Assembly: GCA_965235115.1 (NCBI GenBank)
Contig: OZ249444.1
Span: forward strand, 24,800,001 to 24,864,000
DNA: 64,000 bases
Direction: 5' to 3'
From: Laetmonice hystrix
Taxonomy: Eukaryota
In this document: one piece after another, positions 11,616 through 26,060 of the stretch
Position numbering within the stretch: position 1 is the first letter of the stretch
Layout of the letters: the number at the start of each line of letters is the position of its first letter
Position numbers and translations under genes: made by a program
The notes under the pieces: model-generated
Told to the model about the DNA's origin: nothing
What the model saw: the letters and a program-made list of their open reading frames with translations, nothing else
The model's database searches: none

Positions 11616-11895
11616 TTCATATCTCTTAACTTTACCTAACAACCTTCATACATATCTCTCAACTTTACCTTAACAACAACCTTCATACATATCTCTCAAC
11701 TTCACCTTAACAACAACCTTCATACATATCTCTCAACTTTACCTTAACAACAACCTTCATACATATCTCTCAACTTTACCTTAACAACAACCTTCATACA
11801 TATCTCTCAACTTTACCTTAACAACAACCTTCATACATATCTCTCAACTTTACCTTAACAACAACCTGCATACATATCTCTCAACTTCACCTTCA
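11616..11895. repeat. 37-bp minisatellite, ~7 copies
   Basis: CATATCTCTCAACTTTACCTTAACAACAACCTTCATA; starts ~20 nt from the CUL4 acceptor. Confidence 0.92.
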
Positions 11896-12282
11896 TCCCG
11901 CACAAACTGATAGACAAAAGGACAACCAAGTCATAGAACCAAGTTTGGGACAACACGTCAAGTAACTCATTCATCACCAATAAAGTAATAGCAATTGCAA
12001 AACAAACATAAATCCATTATAATAAATAGTTTTCATTAACAGACCTGTCACTGGTAATCAAAATGTAAATAATTTTCGTATTGCTTGAGGTAAAAAGGAC
12101 GCAATCAAGAAAACATGAATGAGGACAAAACCATGCCTGCAGGGCAAACATTTTCTTTTTCTGGCAGCGACTTGACTCCGATAACGTGTTCCCACCGCTG
12201 TTTTCTTTATCAAGTTCGGTGGAGTTAGGAGCTCGGCTTGTTCTCTTGTAATCCTCGTTTATCCTGGCGGGAGATTTATACC

Positions 12283-12730
12283 CCCAGACTGGCTTAACCT
12301 CCCCACTCCCACCGGCGGCCGTGGGCCAGACTGGCTTACCCTCCCCACTCCCACCGGCGGCCGTGGGCCAGACTGGCTTACCCTCCCCACTCCCACCCCC
12401 AGCGGCGGCCACGGGCCAGACTGGCTTACCCTCCCCACTCCTACCCCCAGCGGCGGCCGTGGGCCAGACTGGCTTACCCTCCCCACTCCCACTCCCACCG
12501 GCGGCCGTGGGCCAGACTGGCTTACCCTCCCCACTCTCACCCCCAGCGGCGGCCGTGGGCCAGACTGGCTTACCCTCCCCACTCTCACCCCCAGCGGCGG
12601 CCGTGGGCCAGACTGGCTTACCCTCCCCACTCTCACCCCCAGCGGCGGCCGTGGGCCAGACTGGCTTACCCTCCCCACTCCCACCCCCAGCGGCGGCCAC
12701 GGGCCAGACTGGCTTACCCTCCCCACTCCG
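12283..12730. repeat. 45-51-bp GC-rich minisatellite, ~9 copies
   Basis: CCCAGACTGGCTTACCCTCCCCACTC..CAGCGGCGGCCGTGGG. Confidence 0.93.
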
Positions 12731-12794
12731 GACCGGTGGATTCCTCAAGGTAACGTATCCATGAAATTTGGTGGTGAAAATCTATCACTAATTC

Positions 12795-13274
12795 TGGGCT
12801 CACACAGTACTGGTGCTGGGCTCACACAGTACTGGTGCTGGGCTCACATAGTACTGGTGTTGGGCTCACACAGTACTGGTGCTGGGCTCACAGAGTACTG
12901 GTGTTGGGCTCACACAGTACTGGTGCTGGGCTCACACAGTACTGGTGCTGGGCTCACACAGTACTGGTGCCGGGCTCACACAGTACTGGTGCTGGGCTTA
13001 CACAGTACTGGTGTTGGGCTCACACAGTACTGGTGTTGGGCTGACACTGTATTGGTGCTGAGCTCACACAGTACTGGTGCTTGGCTCACACAGAACTGGT
13101 GCTGGGCTCACACAGTACTGGTGCTGGGCTCACAGAGTACTGGTGCTGGGCTCACACAGTACTGGTGTTGGGCTCACACAGTACTGGTGTTGGGCTCACA
13201 GAGTACTAGTGCTGGGCTCTCACAGTACTGGTGCTGGGCTCATACACATACCCTCACTCTCTCTCTCTCTCTCT
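12795..13274. repeat. 22-bp minisatellite, ~20 copies, followed by a (CT)n microsatellite
   Basis: GGGCTCACACAGTACTGGTGCT; (CT)n at ~13255-13274. Confidence 0.93.
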
Positions 13275-13663
13275 GACCGCCCACATTTATCACGGAAATC
13301 TTTATGACAGCTCCAGACGCTAGATTAGGCACTATCCAATTCTATGATACAATACCTCTCAGATTACAACCATACACACCCGGCTATTTCATCAATAGCT
13401 CAATTTATGACTCGCCATAATCTCCACTTCCAGTCACAACCATCGTGCATCAGTTTGAAATCACCACTGAGAACGTGTCACGTATTTATTCGCCAGGTCA
13501 CACATTTCGAGGCATAAGAGAGTATAACAAAAACAGAAATATTAAATGTAGCCGACAGGTGGCAGCACCCAGCCGTCTCCTGGTCACGTGATTGTCTAAT
13601 TCTTGCTGCTACCGATAAGGTAGTAATCTACCGGTGTAAAAAACGTATCTCAACGAATCGTAT

Positions 13664-15360
13664 CAGCCTTACATACATCCCAACAAACCATATCAGCCTT
13701 ACATACATCTCAACAAATCATATCAGCCTTACATACAACCCAACAAATCATATCAGCCTTACATACATCCCAACAAATCATATCAGCCTTACATACATCC
13801 CAACAAATCGTATCAGCCTTACATACAACCCAACAAATCATATCAGCCTTACATACATCCCAACAAATCGTATCAGCCTTACATACATCCCAACAAATCA
13901 TATCAGCCTTACATACATCCCAACGAATCATATCAGCCTTACATACATCCCAACAAATCATATCAGCCTTACATACATCCCAACGAATCATATCAGCCTT
14001 ACATAAATCCCAACGAATCGTATTGGCCTTACATACATCCCAACAAATCATATCAGCCTTACATGTATATACATCCCAACGAATCATATCAGCCTTACAT
14101 ACATCTCAACGAATCATATCAGCCTTACATAAATCCCAACGAATCGTATTGGCCTTACATACATCCCAACAAATCATATCAGCCTTACATGTATATACAT
14201 CCCAACAAATCATATCAGCCTTACATACATCCCAACAAATCATATCAGCCTTACATGTATATACATTCCAACGAATCGCATCAGCCTTACATACATCCCA
14301 ACGAATCATATCAGCCTTACATACATCCCAACGAATCATATCAGCCTTACATACATCCCAACGAATCGTATCAGCCTTACATACATCCCAACAAATCATA
14401 TCAGCCTTACATACATCCCAACAAATCATATCAGCCTTACATACATCCCAACAAATCATATCAGCCTTACATACATCCCAACGAATCGTATCAGCCTTAC
14501 ATACAACCCAACGAATCATATCAGCCTTACATACATCCCAACGAATCATATCAGCCTTACATACATCCCAACAAATCATATCAGCCTTACATACATCCCA
14601 ACAAATCATATCAGCCTTACATACATCCCAACGAATCATATCAGCCTTACATGTATATACATTCCAACGAATCGTATCAGCCTTACATACATCCCAACGA
14701 ATCATATCAGCCTTACATACATCCCAACAAATCATATCAGCCTTACATACATCCCAACGAATCATATCAGCCTTACATGTATATACATTCCAACGAATCG
14801 TATCAGCCTTACATACATCCCAACGAATCGTATCAGCCTTACATACAACCCAACAAATCATATCAGCCTTACATACATCCCAACGAATCATATCAGCCTT
14901 ACATACATCCCAACAAATCATATCAGCCTTACATACATCCCAACAAATCATATCAGCCTTACATACATCCCAACGAATCATATCAGCCTTACATACATCC
15001 CAACGAATCATATCAGCCTTACATACATCCCAACAAATCATATCAGCCTTACATACATCCCAACGAATCATATCAGCCTTATATAAATCCCAACGAATCG
15101 TATTGGCCTAACATAAATCCCGACGAATCATATCAGCCTTACATACATCCCAACGAATCGTATTGGCCTAACATAAATCCCAACGAATCGTATTGGCCTA
15201 ACATAAATCCCAACGAATCGTATTGGCCTTACACTTACATACATCCCAACGAATCGTATCAGCCTTACATACATCCCAACGAATCGTATTGGCCTTACAT
15301 ACATCTCAACGAATCATATCTACCTTACATACATCTCAACGAATCGTATCAGCCATACAT
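13664..15360. repeat. 30-bp minisatellite with a 36-bp variant, ~55 copies
   Basis: CATACATCCCAACGAATCATATCAGCCTTA; source of the 362-, 438- and 321-aa pseudo-ORFs. Confidence 0.96.
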
Positions 15361-16469
15361 CCAAACGCTCCACATCTAGGAAATTCCTTCACAAAATCTC
15401 TAGATATTACGGTTACTTGGACACTCTTCAAATGCACTTTACGAACCGTCCCTTCATTAGGCTAGCAAAACTAAATACAGCTCGCCCTTTGAACAAAGCG
15501 TGACCCAGACGGCCATTATTACTCAAACTCCACCCGTCATAATTGTATTCTGTGACGACATAATTGTATTCTATGACGACAGCACAATGTCAGTGCGGAG
15601 TGCTCTGTAACCAATCTGGTTTGTGTAGTGTTCTCCCTCCTCGTTCTATTCCTGCCCCGACCTCCCAGCCCTGCCCGGTCGACCATCTCCTCCCCGGGAC
15701 CACGTCCCGGCTCATGCCGGTCCAATCTCCCGGTTGGTGGCGGGTCAGCTCCCCGACCTGCCATCCGTCAGCCGACCCGCTCTCACCCAGCGCCAAGGTC
15801 GTCTGCCCTCAGTTCCTACCACTGCCGCCAGGTGGCACTGATCCCCGGCCGTCGTACGCGCTGGTCCTATGATGGGTATTTCATGCCCCGCCGACCACGG
15901 ACCGACAAATAATTGATGCCTAATTTCCATTCATGGCATGAAGGTGTGAAGCGTTCAGACTCAGCTGTCAGAGACCCACAAACTGTACTCATCTCTTCTT
16001 TCTGCTTACATTTTTCTTTTGAAAACTAACTTCTCCTCGAGCAGCGTTGTGTGGAGAACGCTTGCTGTCACTGCCACACGCACGGGTTATTTGTCATTTT
16101 TGTGTGTGTACAAAGAGACCAGCAATGTGACCTCTTCCTGTGCTGCTGTCTGGCAGTCGTCTGGACAGGCGATGTTTTAGTAATAACCTCCGTAACTAGA
16201 AGATGGCATGTACCGACAGTACACTGACACTGTGCACGAGAGGCTGGTGTGCCAACTTCGGCACCACACTTTCATTTTAAAACATCAAATAAATGACTTT
16301 AACTGTAAGAAATTTCAGGAAGTGGCATGAACGCATCAGAAATCGATGTAATTGCACGTATTTTACCATTATCTGTGGGTTACGTTAAGACAGAACCTCA
16401 GGCATGATGTATTCCTTCCAAGTCAAACTAAATCACAATAAAATACAGTAGAAAGTGGGAAAATCTCAC

Positions 16470-16555
16470 CTGTTTGAATGAGAACATGAGTTCTTTCGAG
16501 AGCTCCATGTCTTTAAACATTCCTTCTAATTTACTAGTGAAGCCACCTCCACATT
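16470..16555 (-). CDS. CUL4: Cullin-4 exon ((E)[28 protein letters not shown])
   Basis: ttgcag acceptor and gtgaga donor, 86 nt, phase 1/0. Contains [16 protein letters not shown]. Confidence 0.96.
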
Positions 16556-16571
16556 CTGCAATCAGAAAGTA

Positions 16572-16690
16572 CACTTCAATATCACTTCACACCAAAACAC
16601 GCATTATAAAACTTCAATATCACTTCACACCAAAACACGCATTATAAAACTTCAATATCACTTCACACCAAAACACGCATTATAAAACTT
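16572..16690. repeat. 38-bp repeat, 3 copies
   Basis: ACTTCAATATCACTTCACACCAAAACACGCATTATAAA, starting ~15 nt from the CUL4 acceptor. Confidence 0.9.
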
Positions 16691-16896
16691 GATGGACACG
16701 TGAAGACATTTCAAACAATTTGACGTACCAGCCGTATCTTTGTGTGGCCCCTGACCTCGCCCCACCCCAACACCTTACCCGTCAGTTTGGGCCTTAGTTC
16801 CCATAACCAATTCAAAGAAAGGGGATCGGTGGCAGTATTTTGCGAGATGATGGATTTTACATGGAGTGGTGTTTGTGGTCGCACAGCCGGACACTA

Positions 16897-17448
<552 letters not shown>

Positions 17449-18029
17449 TATCTATTAGACACTGCTCACTTGTGATAATTACTTTACTTGACCAGAGTGA
17501 CATGGGTTATTACACAAGTACGGTGGTCCATACGGTACAATTCAATCAGAGCAGGGCGGCCTGTGTTAGTGGTCACAGGAGACGGTTCTAGTGCTGGAGT
17601 CATTGAGCAGAGAACTTGTCCTTTTATTTACATTTTCACTTCGCTCCCTTGTGTTGTGGCTGTAAAGTTGGCTCACATATATATTGGAAGGTTCATTTCA
17701 ACATCGCCATATTGCTGGCATCCCTCGACATTACTGGTTCTATCTGTGTATCCTCAGCAGACTACGGAGTGGGTGTAGATCACTACCGAATTCTGACTTC
17801 ATTACAAAAAGTCGATGGCCGGCTACAGCGGGTCCAGACTCCCGGGATCTGATACATCCATCAATACACTAACCACAATCACGGTATTCTTATCGACAAT
17901 CTCCAACTACCAAATCCCAATTCTACAATCCTTTTCTCATAACTGTCACCCTGTATTATGGAGGAAGCGTATCTGGTCTTCTGTACGGCTTAACAACTTC
18001 TGTTAGCACTCAACACTTGAAACGGAAAC

Positions 18030-18575
18030 ATCTTCAAAACCTGGTCTCCTGGTATGTTTTGTACACCTAAACTTGTGTTCTGACATTGTGATATCATTCT
18101 AACCCAAACATTGGTCTCCTGGTATGTTTTGTACACCTAAACTTGTGTTCTGACATTGTGATATCATTCTAACCCAAACATTGGTCTCCTGGTATGTTTT
18201 GTACACCTAAACTTGTGTTCTGACATTGTGATATCATTCTAACCCAAACAGTGGTCTCCTGGTATGTTTTGTACACCTAAACTTGTGTTCTGACATTGTG
18301 ATTCTTACCCAAACATTGGTCTTCTGGTATGTTTTGTAGAGTTACACTTGTGTTCTAACTTTGTGATTCTAACCCAAACATTGGTCTCCTGGTATGTTTT
18401 GTACACCTAAACTTGTGTTCTGACATTGTGATTCTAACCCAAACATTGGTCTCCTGGTATGGTTTGTACACCTAAACTTGTGTTCTAACTTTGTGATTCT
18501 AACCCAAACATTGGTCTCCTGGTATGTTTTGTAGAGTTACACTTGTGTTCTAACTTTGTGATTCTAACCCAAACA
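18030..18575. repeat. 70/65-bp minisatellite, ~8 copies
   Basis: AAACATTGGTCTCCTGGTATGTTTTGTACACCTAAACTTGTGTTCTGACATTGTGAT(ATCAT)TCTAACCC. Confidence 0.93.
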
Positions 18576-19269
18576 TTAGTAGCGTATGTAAACCTGTGGC
18601 AGGTCATTCAAACCGAAGAAACAGGCAGAGGAGATCGGATACTGTACTTCAACTATTCCAATACATTTCTGGAAAAAAGGAAGCAATTCTACGCTTGTTT
18701 CAAAATCCAAACACCACCCATATTGAAGAGGCCCATAACTAGGGGCCTCCGAGAGGACACAGACATTGCTGGTTGTGACTAACTATGATGGATGGTTGCT
18801 AGTCTTTCTTCCAATTCTCCAAGATTTAACTCCTCGGGAAATTATGAGAACCAGGTCCCCAGAGTGGCCCGAACATCTTGGCAATTCCAATTTCAGCACA
18901 CGACAATCCCTTAAATTCTGCCAATGTCGTGGATCCGTGGGTCGGATTATGTAATGTAATAAACAATCGTGATAAATTCCGATTATAACCACCATATTCT
19001 AAGTGTATGGCAACGTGACCGTACACCTATAAAAACAGCCTCTCAACATGAAAGGCTGTTATGAGTATAATAAAAGGGGCTGGTCGTCACGTCCCACCCA
19101 GTCCCAATAATCTGTCTGATGAGAACACGTGACCAGGGTGGTCATGACTCTCCACCAGAGGGAGCCAGTGGTAGCCCTGTCCCCATATTTCCTTCTAGAA
19201 CATTTCTCTGTCTGACACATTCATTAAATTGGTTGATGTCGGTCACAGCAGGCTGATCCAAGAGGGGAA

Positions 19270-22200
19270 GGGTTGTATCTAGGGTCTTACCTCCACCCCT
19301 CCCCTAACTACCGGTGACACCTAACTTTGTACTCCAGGCCTGTATCTAGGGTCTTACCTCCACCCCTCCCCTAACTACCGGTGACACCTAACTTTGTACT
19401 CCAGGCCTGTATCTAGGGTCTTACCTCCACCCCTCCCCTAACTACCGGTGACATCTAACTTTGTACTCCAGGCCTGTATCTAGGGTTTTACCTCCCCCCT
19501 ATCCTAACTACCAGTGACACCTAACTTTGTACTCCAGGCCTGTATCTAGGGTCTTACCTCCACCCCTCCCCTAACTACCGGTGACACCTAACTTTGTACT
19601 CCAGGCCTGTATCTAGGGTCTTACCTCCCTAACTACCGGTGACACCTAACTTTGTACTCCAGGCCTGTATCTAGGGTCTTACCTCCCCCCTCCCCTAACT
19701 ACCAGTGACACCTAACTTTGTACTCCAGGCCTGTATCTAGGGTCTTACCTCCACCCCTCCCCTAACTACCGGTGACATCTAACTTTGTACTCCAGGCCTG
19801 TATCTAGGGTCTTACCTCCCTAACTACCGGTGACACCTAACTTTGTACTCCATGCCTGTATCTAGGGTCTTACCTCCACCCCTCCCCTAACTACCGGTGA
19901 CACCTAACTTTGTACTCCAGGCCTGTATCTAGGGTCTTACCTCCCCCCTCCCCTAACTACCAGTGACATCTAACTTTGTACTCCAGGCCTGTATCTAGGG
20001 TCTTACCTTCACCCCTCCCCTAACTACCAGTGACACCTTACTTTGTACTCCAGGCCTGTATCTAGGGTCTTACCTCCCCCCTATCCTAACTACCGGTGAC
20101 ACCTAACTTTGTACTCCAGGCCTGTATCTAGGGTCTTACCTCCCCCTATCCTAACTACCGGTGACACCTAACTTTGTACTCTAGGCTTGTATCTAGGGTC
20201 TTACCTCCACCCCTCCCCTAACTACCGGTGACACCTAACTTTGTACTCCAGGCCTGTATCTAGGGTCTTACCTCCACCCCTCCCCTAACTACCGGTGACA
20301 TCTAACTTTGTACTCCAGGCCTGTATCTAGGGTCTTACCTCCACCCCTCCCCTAACTACCGGTGACACCTAACTTTGTACTCTAGGCCTGTATCTAGGGT
20401 CTTACCTCCACCCCTCCCCTAACTACCGGTGACACCTAACTTTGTACTCCAGGCCTGTATCTAGGGTCTTACCTCCCCCTATCCTAACTACCTGTGACAC
20501 CTAACTTTGTACTCCAGGCCTGTATCTAGGGTCTTACCTCCACCCCTCACCTAACTACCGGTGACACCTAACTTTGTACTCTAGGCCTGTATCTAGGGTC
20601 TTACCTCCACCCCTCCCCTAACTACCGGTGACACCTAACTTTGTACTCTAGGCCTGTATCTAGGGTCTTACCTCCACCCCTCCCCTAACTACCGGTGACA
20701 CCTAACTTTGTACTCCAGGCCTGTGACTCTAGGGTCTTACCTCCACCCCTCCCCTAACTACCGGTGACACCTAACTTTGTACTCCAGGCCTGTATCTAGG
20801 GTCTTACCTCCACCCCTCACCTAACTACCGGTGACACCTAACTTTGTACTCCAGGCCTGTATCTAGGGTCTTACCTCCACCCCTCCCCTAACTACCGGTG
20901 ACACCTAACTTTGTACTCCAGGCCTGTATCTAGGGTCTTACCTCCCTAACTACCGGTGACACCTAACTTTGTACTCCAGGCCTGTATCTAGGGTCGTACC
21001 TCCACCCCTCCCCTAACTACCGGTGACACCTAACTTTGTACTCCAGGCCTGTATCTAGGGTCTTACCTCCACCCCTCCCCTAACTACCGGTGACACCTAA
21101 CTTTGTACTCCAGGCCTGTATCTAGGGTCGTACCTCCACCCCTCCCCTAACTACCGGTGACACCTAACTTTGTACTCCAGGCCTGTCTAGGGTCTTACCT
21201 CCCCCCTCCCCTAACTACCGGTGACACCTAACTTTGTACTCTAGGACTGTATCTAGGGTCTTACCTCCCCCCTATCCTAACTACCGGTGACACCTAACTT
21301 TGTACTCCAGGCCTGTATCTAGGGTCTTACCTCCACCCCTCCCTTAACTACCGGTGACATCTTACTTTGTACTCCAGGCCTGTATCTAGGGTCTTACCTC
21401 CACCCCTCCCCTAACTACCAGTGACACCTAACTTTGTACTCCAGGCCTGTATCTAGGGTCTTACCTCCCCCTATCCTAACTACCAGTGACACCTAACTTT
21501 GTACTCCAGGCCTGTATCTAGGGTCTTACCTCCACCCCTCCCCTAACTACCGGTGACACCTAACTTTGTACTCCAGGCCTGTATCTAGGGTCTTACCTCC
21601 CCCTATCCTAACTACCGGTGACACCTAACTTTGTACTCCAGGCCTGTATCTAGGGTCTTACCTCCACCCCTCCCCTAACTACCGGTGACACCTAACTTTG
21701 TACTCCAGGCCTGTATCTAGGGTCTTACCTCCACCCCTCCCCTAACTACCGGTGACACCTAACTTTGTACTCCAGGCCTGTATCTAGGGTCTTACCTCCA
21801 CCCCTCCCCTAACTACCGGTGACACCTAACTTTGTACTCCAGGCCTGTATCTAGGGTCTTACCTCCCCCCTATCCTAACTACCGGTGACACCTAACTTTG
21901 TACTCCAGGCCTGTATCTAGGGTCTTACTTCCCTAACTACCTGTGACACCTAACTTTGTACTCCAGGCCTGTATCTAGGGTCTTACCTCCACCCCTCCCC
22001 TAACTACCGGTGACACCTAACTTTGTACTCCAGGCCTGTATCTAGGGTCTTACCTCCACCCCTCCCCTAACTACCGGTGACACCTAACTTTGTACTCCAG
22101 GCCTGTATCTAGGGTCTTACCTCCACCCCTCCGCTAACTACCGGTGACACCTAACTTTGTACTCTAGGCCTGTATCTAGGGTCTTACCTCCACCCCTCCC

Positions 22201-22650
22201 CTAACTACCGGTGACACCTAACTTTGTACTCTAGGCCTGTATCTAGGGTCTTACCTCCACCCCTCCCCTAACTACCAGTGACACCTAACTTTGTACTCTA
22301 GGCTTGTATCTAGGGTCTTACCTCCACCCCTCCCCTAACTACCTGTGACACCTAACTTTGTACTCCAGGCCTGTATCTAGGGTCTTACCTCCACCTATCC
22401 TAACTACCGGTGACACCTAACTTTGTACTCCAGGCCTGTATCTAGGGTCTTACCTCCCCCTATCCTAACTACCGGTGACACCTAACTTTGTACTCCAGGC
22501 CTGTATCTAGGGTCTTACCTCCCCCCTATCCTAACTACCGGTGACACCTAACTTTGTACTCCAGGCCTGTATCTAGGGTCTTACCTCCACCCCTCCCCTA
22601 ACTACCATATCCCCAGTGACACCTAACTTTGTACTCCAGGCCTGTATCAA
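19270..22650. repeat. 67-bp satellite with a ~58-bp deletion variant, ~50 copies; largest array in the window
   Basis: TGTATCTAGGGTCTTACCTCCACCCCTCCCCTAACTACCGGTGACACCTAACTTTGTACTCCAGGCC. Confidence 0.97.
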
Positions 22651-24243
22651 AGGGTCACTTATTCACTTATCTGTGGACTGAGTAGCGACCTTATTTCGGA
22701 TGACAAGAATCCACCTGAAGTAGTAACCTCACCGATGTCACGTCAGCGGACGTACAAGTACAGGACCAGTTGGGATACAGATGTTAGTTACCGGGCCATA
22801 TGCACCCCAAGTTCCATTACTACTCGGTATATGTGCAGCTGTTGCATGGGCATTATCACGACCCAATCAGATCGTTTGTCTCAATTTGGCCCGGGGCAGG
22901 CCAAGCCTCGTTCTGATGGGTGGTTCCCTTGGTGACGAGCCGCTCTCGACGCTCGTCTCTACGGCCGAACGTTACGTTGTTACGCCACAATCAATTTCTG
23001 ACTGGAGTGGCCGGGTCGGTCCCCAGAGGTTCTGCACTGGGATGTGGGCCTTCGACGGTTACCAAATCTGACCACGTCAGGACAGTATACGGCTGCAGAC
23101 CTCCGGGCTTTTACCGCCGCCACTTGAAACAGACCTAGGCCGTTATGAATTGAAGACGGATGATACTAGACGTGTTTTAACCGTGATTTAAGGCCAGACT
23201 CGGACGACCGAGGTCATCCCTCCCATCCTACCCCACTAATCTTACCCCCGCCCCCCGGGTCGAGACATTATGTCTGGGCCATGCCATCTACACAACCATG
23301 GCTGAGCAGAATACTTTCAATCTTTTACTGTAATACGTCCCTCTGTCAAAACGTTTCTCTCTCCCCTCCGACTCATGTGAACCGCCCTCATAAACTAAGA
23401 GAAACGACCTACAACAACGCTGAAACTTTAACTTTCAAATGAGTTTTCTTTCTGAGACAAATACTGAGGGGGGTAGGAGGAGGTAAAATCAATGTGGACA
23501 AAAGATTTAATTTTCAAAACTGCGAGTTTGTGTGTGTAAGTGGGTATGGCGGAGGACATGTTAACGAGTACTATCCGAGACTAATTGGCACTGGTTACAG
23601 AACTCAATCATGTTTCAATGAAGAAACCTGACAATCTTTATCAATCTTTGCCAAACTCAATCTCTCCGCCCTGTCTGATCACCAATCTGTATTCAGGGAC
23701 ACTGTGCGCTCCTCTAACCCGCAAATCCACCAGTCCTTTCGATCCATCCAACTATTTCAACATTTCCCTTCACATTCATGAGTACCACACCAATCAACAA
23801 ATATTATCCGCCATTTCTCAGATTCCCAGCTCTCTGTGTCGATTCCATGCATCTTTAACTGACTTAGTCTCAGTGTGACTTCATCTGGCCACCACCAGTG
23901 CTCCCCCGTTTTCCTGTGCTGATTGAGTTTACCACGAAATACCAGAGACAAATGAACCTCGTCCAATCAGATTGCTCCCTGAAGGGCCACAGTTATGCTC
24001 ACATGTGAATGTCTACTTTACTTTGAGTTATTGACTTTTTGGAGGCAGTATGGTATTTTGCTTTGCCGGTCTTGATGTCCCTTGACGACAGTTGTTGGCC
24101 AGTTGGGTCTCTATGGATACGGAGGCTGAAGGACACTAGACAGGCCCGGAATAGGGTGATGTCCCCCGCCCCTCCCACCCCAACCATCACCCCGCCCCAC
24201 TACCACTCCAGCTGTCGAACATCTCCGAGACGGACGATTTTAT

Positions 24244-25745
24244 ACCCCGGATTTACCCCTGACAGAACCCAGTCCTTTCATAGTCACGTGACGGGAATTA
24301 CCCCTGACAGAACCCAGTCCGTTCACAGTCACGTGACGGGAATTACCCCCGACAGAACCCAGTCCTTTCATAGTCACGTGACGGGAATTACCCCCGACAG
24401 AACCCAGTCCTTTCATAGTCACGTGACGGGAATTACCCCTGACAGAACCCAGTCCTTTCATAGTCACGTGACGGGAATTACCCCTGACAGAACCCAGTCC
24501 GTTCACAGTCACGTGACGGGAATTACCCCTGACAGAACCCAGTCCTTTCATAGTCACGTGACGGGAATTACCCCTGACAGAACCCAGTCCTTTCACAGTC
24601 ACGTGACGGGAATTACCCCTGACAGAACCCAGTCCTTTCATAGTCACGTGACGGGAATTACTCCTGACAGAACCCAGTCCTTTCATAGTCACGTGACGGG
24701 AATTACCCCTGACAGAACCCAGTCCTTTCATAGTCACGTGACGGGAATTACGCCTGACAGAACCCAGTCCTTTCATAGTCACGTGACGGGAATTACCCCT
24801 AACAGAACCCAGTCCTTTCATAGTCACGTGACGGGAATTACCCCTGACAGAACCCAGTCCTTTCATAGTCACGTGACGGGAATTACCCCTGACAGAACCC
24901 AGTCCTTTCATAGTCACGTGACGGGAATTACCCCTGACAGAAACCAGTCCTTTCATAGTCACGTGACGGGAATTACCCCTGACAGAACCCAGTCCTTTCA
25001 TAGTCACGTGACGGGAATTACCCCTGACAGAACCCAGTCCGTTCACAGTCACGTGACGGGAATTACCCCCGACAGAACCCAGTCCTTTCATAGTCACGTG
25101 ACGGGAATTACCCCCGACAGAACCCAGTCCTTTCATAGTCACGTGACGGGAATTACCCCTGACAGAACCCAGTCCTTTCATAGTCACGTGACGGGAATTA
25201 CCCCTGACAGAACCCAGTCCGTTCACAGTCACGTGACGGGAATTACCCCTGACAGAACCCAGTCCTTTCATAGTCACGTGACGGGAATTACCCCTGACAG
25301 AACCCAGTCCTTTCACAGTCACGTGACGGGAATTACCCCTGACAGAACCCAGTCCTTTCATAGTCACGTGACGGGAATTACTCCTGACAGAACCCAGTCC
25401 TTTCATAGTCACGTGACGGGAATTACCCCTGACAGAACCCAGTCCTTTCATAGTCACGTGACGGGAATTACGCCTGACAGAACCCAGTCCTTTCATAGTC
25501 ACGTGACGGGAATTACCCCTAACAGAACCCAGTCCTTTCATAGTCACGTGACGGGAATTACCCCTGACAGAACCCAGTCCTTTCATAGTCACGTGACGGG
25601 AATTACCCCTGACAGAACCCAGTCCTTTCATAGTCACGTGACGGGAATTACCCCTGACAGAAACCAGTCCTTTCATAGTCACGTGACGGGAATTACCCCT
25701 GACAGAAACCAGTCCTTTCATAGTCACGTGACGGGAATTACCGCT
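24244..25745. repeat. 45-bp minisatellite, ~33 copies, each with GTCACGTGAC; 720-bp higher-order duplication
   Basis: CCCCTGACAGAACCCAGTCCTTTCATAGTCACGTGACGGGAATTA; variant order is identical at offset 720. Confidence 0.97.
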
Positions 25746-25775
25746 GACATCCCTTGTCCAACAAGCACACATATA

Positions 25776-26060
25776 GGTACTGTAATATATCCCTAGTGTG
25801 GTTGATTCTTGGATTAATTGTTACCACAGTCTGTCACCATTGTTTATACTATCTATAGGTACTGTAATATATCCCTGTACTGTAATATATCCCTAGTGTG
25901 GTTGATTCTTGGATTAATTGTTACCACAGTCTGTCACCATTGTTTATACTATCTATAGGTACTGTAATATATCCCTAGTGTGGTTGATTCCTGGCTAGTA
26001 ATCATCACGGCCTTGTTCTGTCGTCTTGGATTAATTGTTACCACAGTCTGTCACCAGGTA
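25776..26060. repeat. Complex ~80-bp local duplications
   Basis: TAGGTACTGTAATATATCCCTAGTGTGGTTGATTC..GGATTAATTGTTACCACAGTCTGTCACCA repeated 2-3 times. Confidence 0.85.

Noticed and set aside
13710-15379. Long ORFs of 321-438 aa (YIHPNESYQP, CKADMIRWDV and similar repeats)
   Set aside because: They are open in several frames and both strands because the 30-bp unit lacks stops. They have no signal or unique domain and lie in a CUL4 intron.
23585-23900. Possible LINE endonuclease fragment (LSDHQSVF in one frame)
   Set aside because: A single short motif with no other AP-endonuclease motifs nearby.
24039-25796. 585-aa and 510-aa repeat ORFs, the longest after TRIM
   Set aside because: Translation of the 45-bp array on both strands; no independent coding signal.
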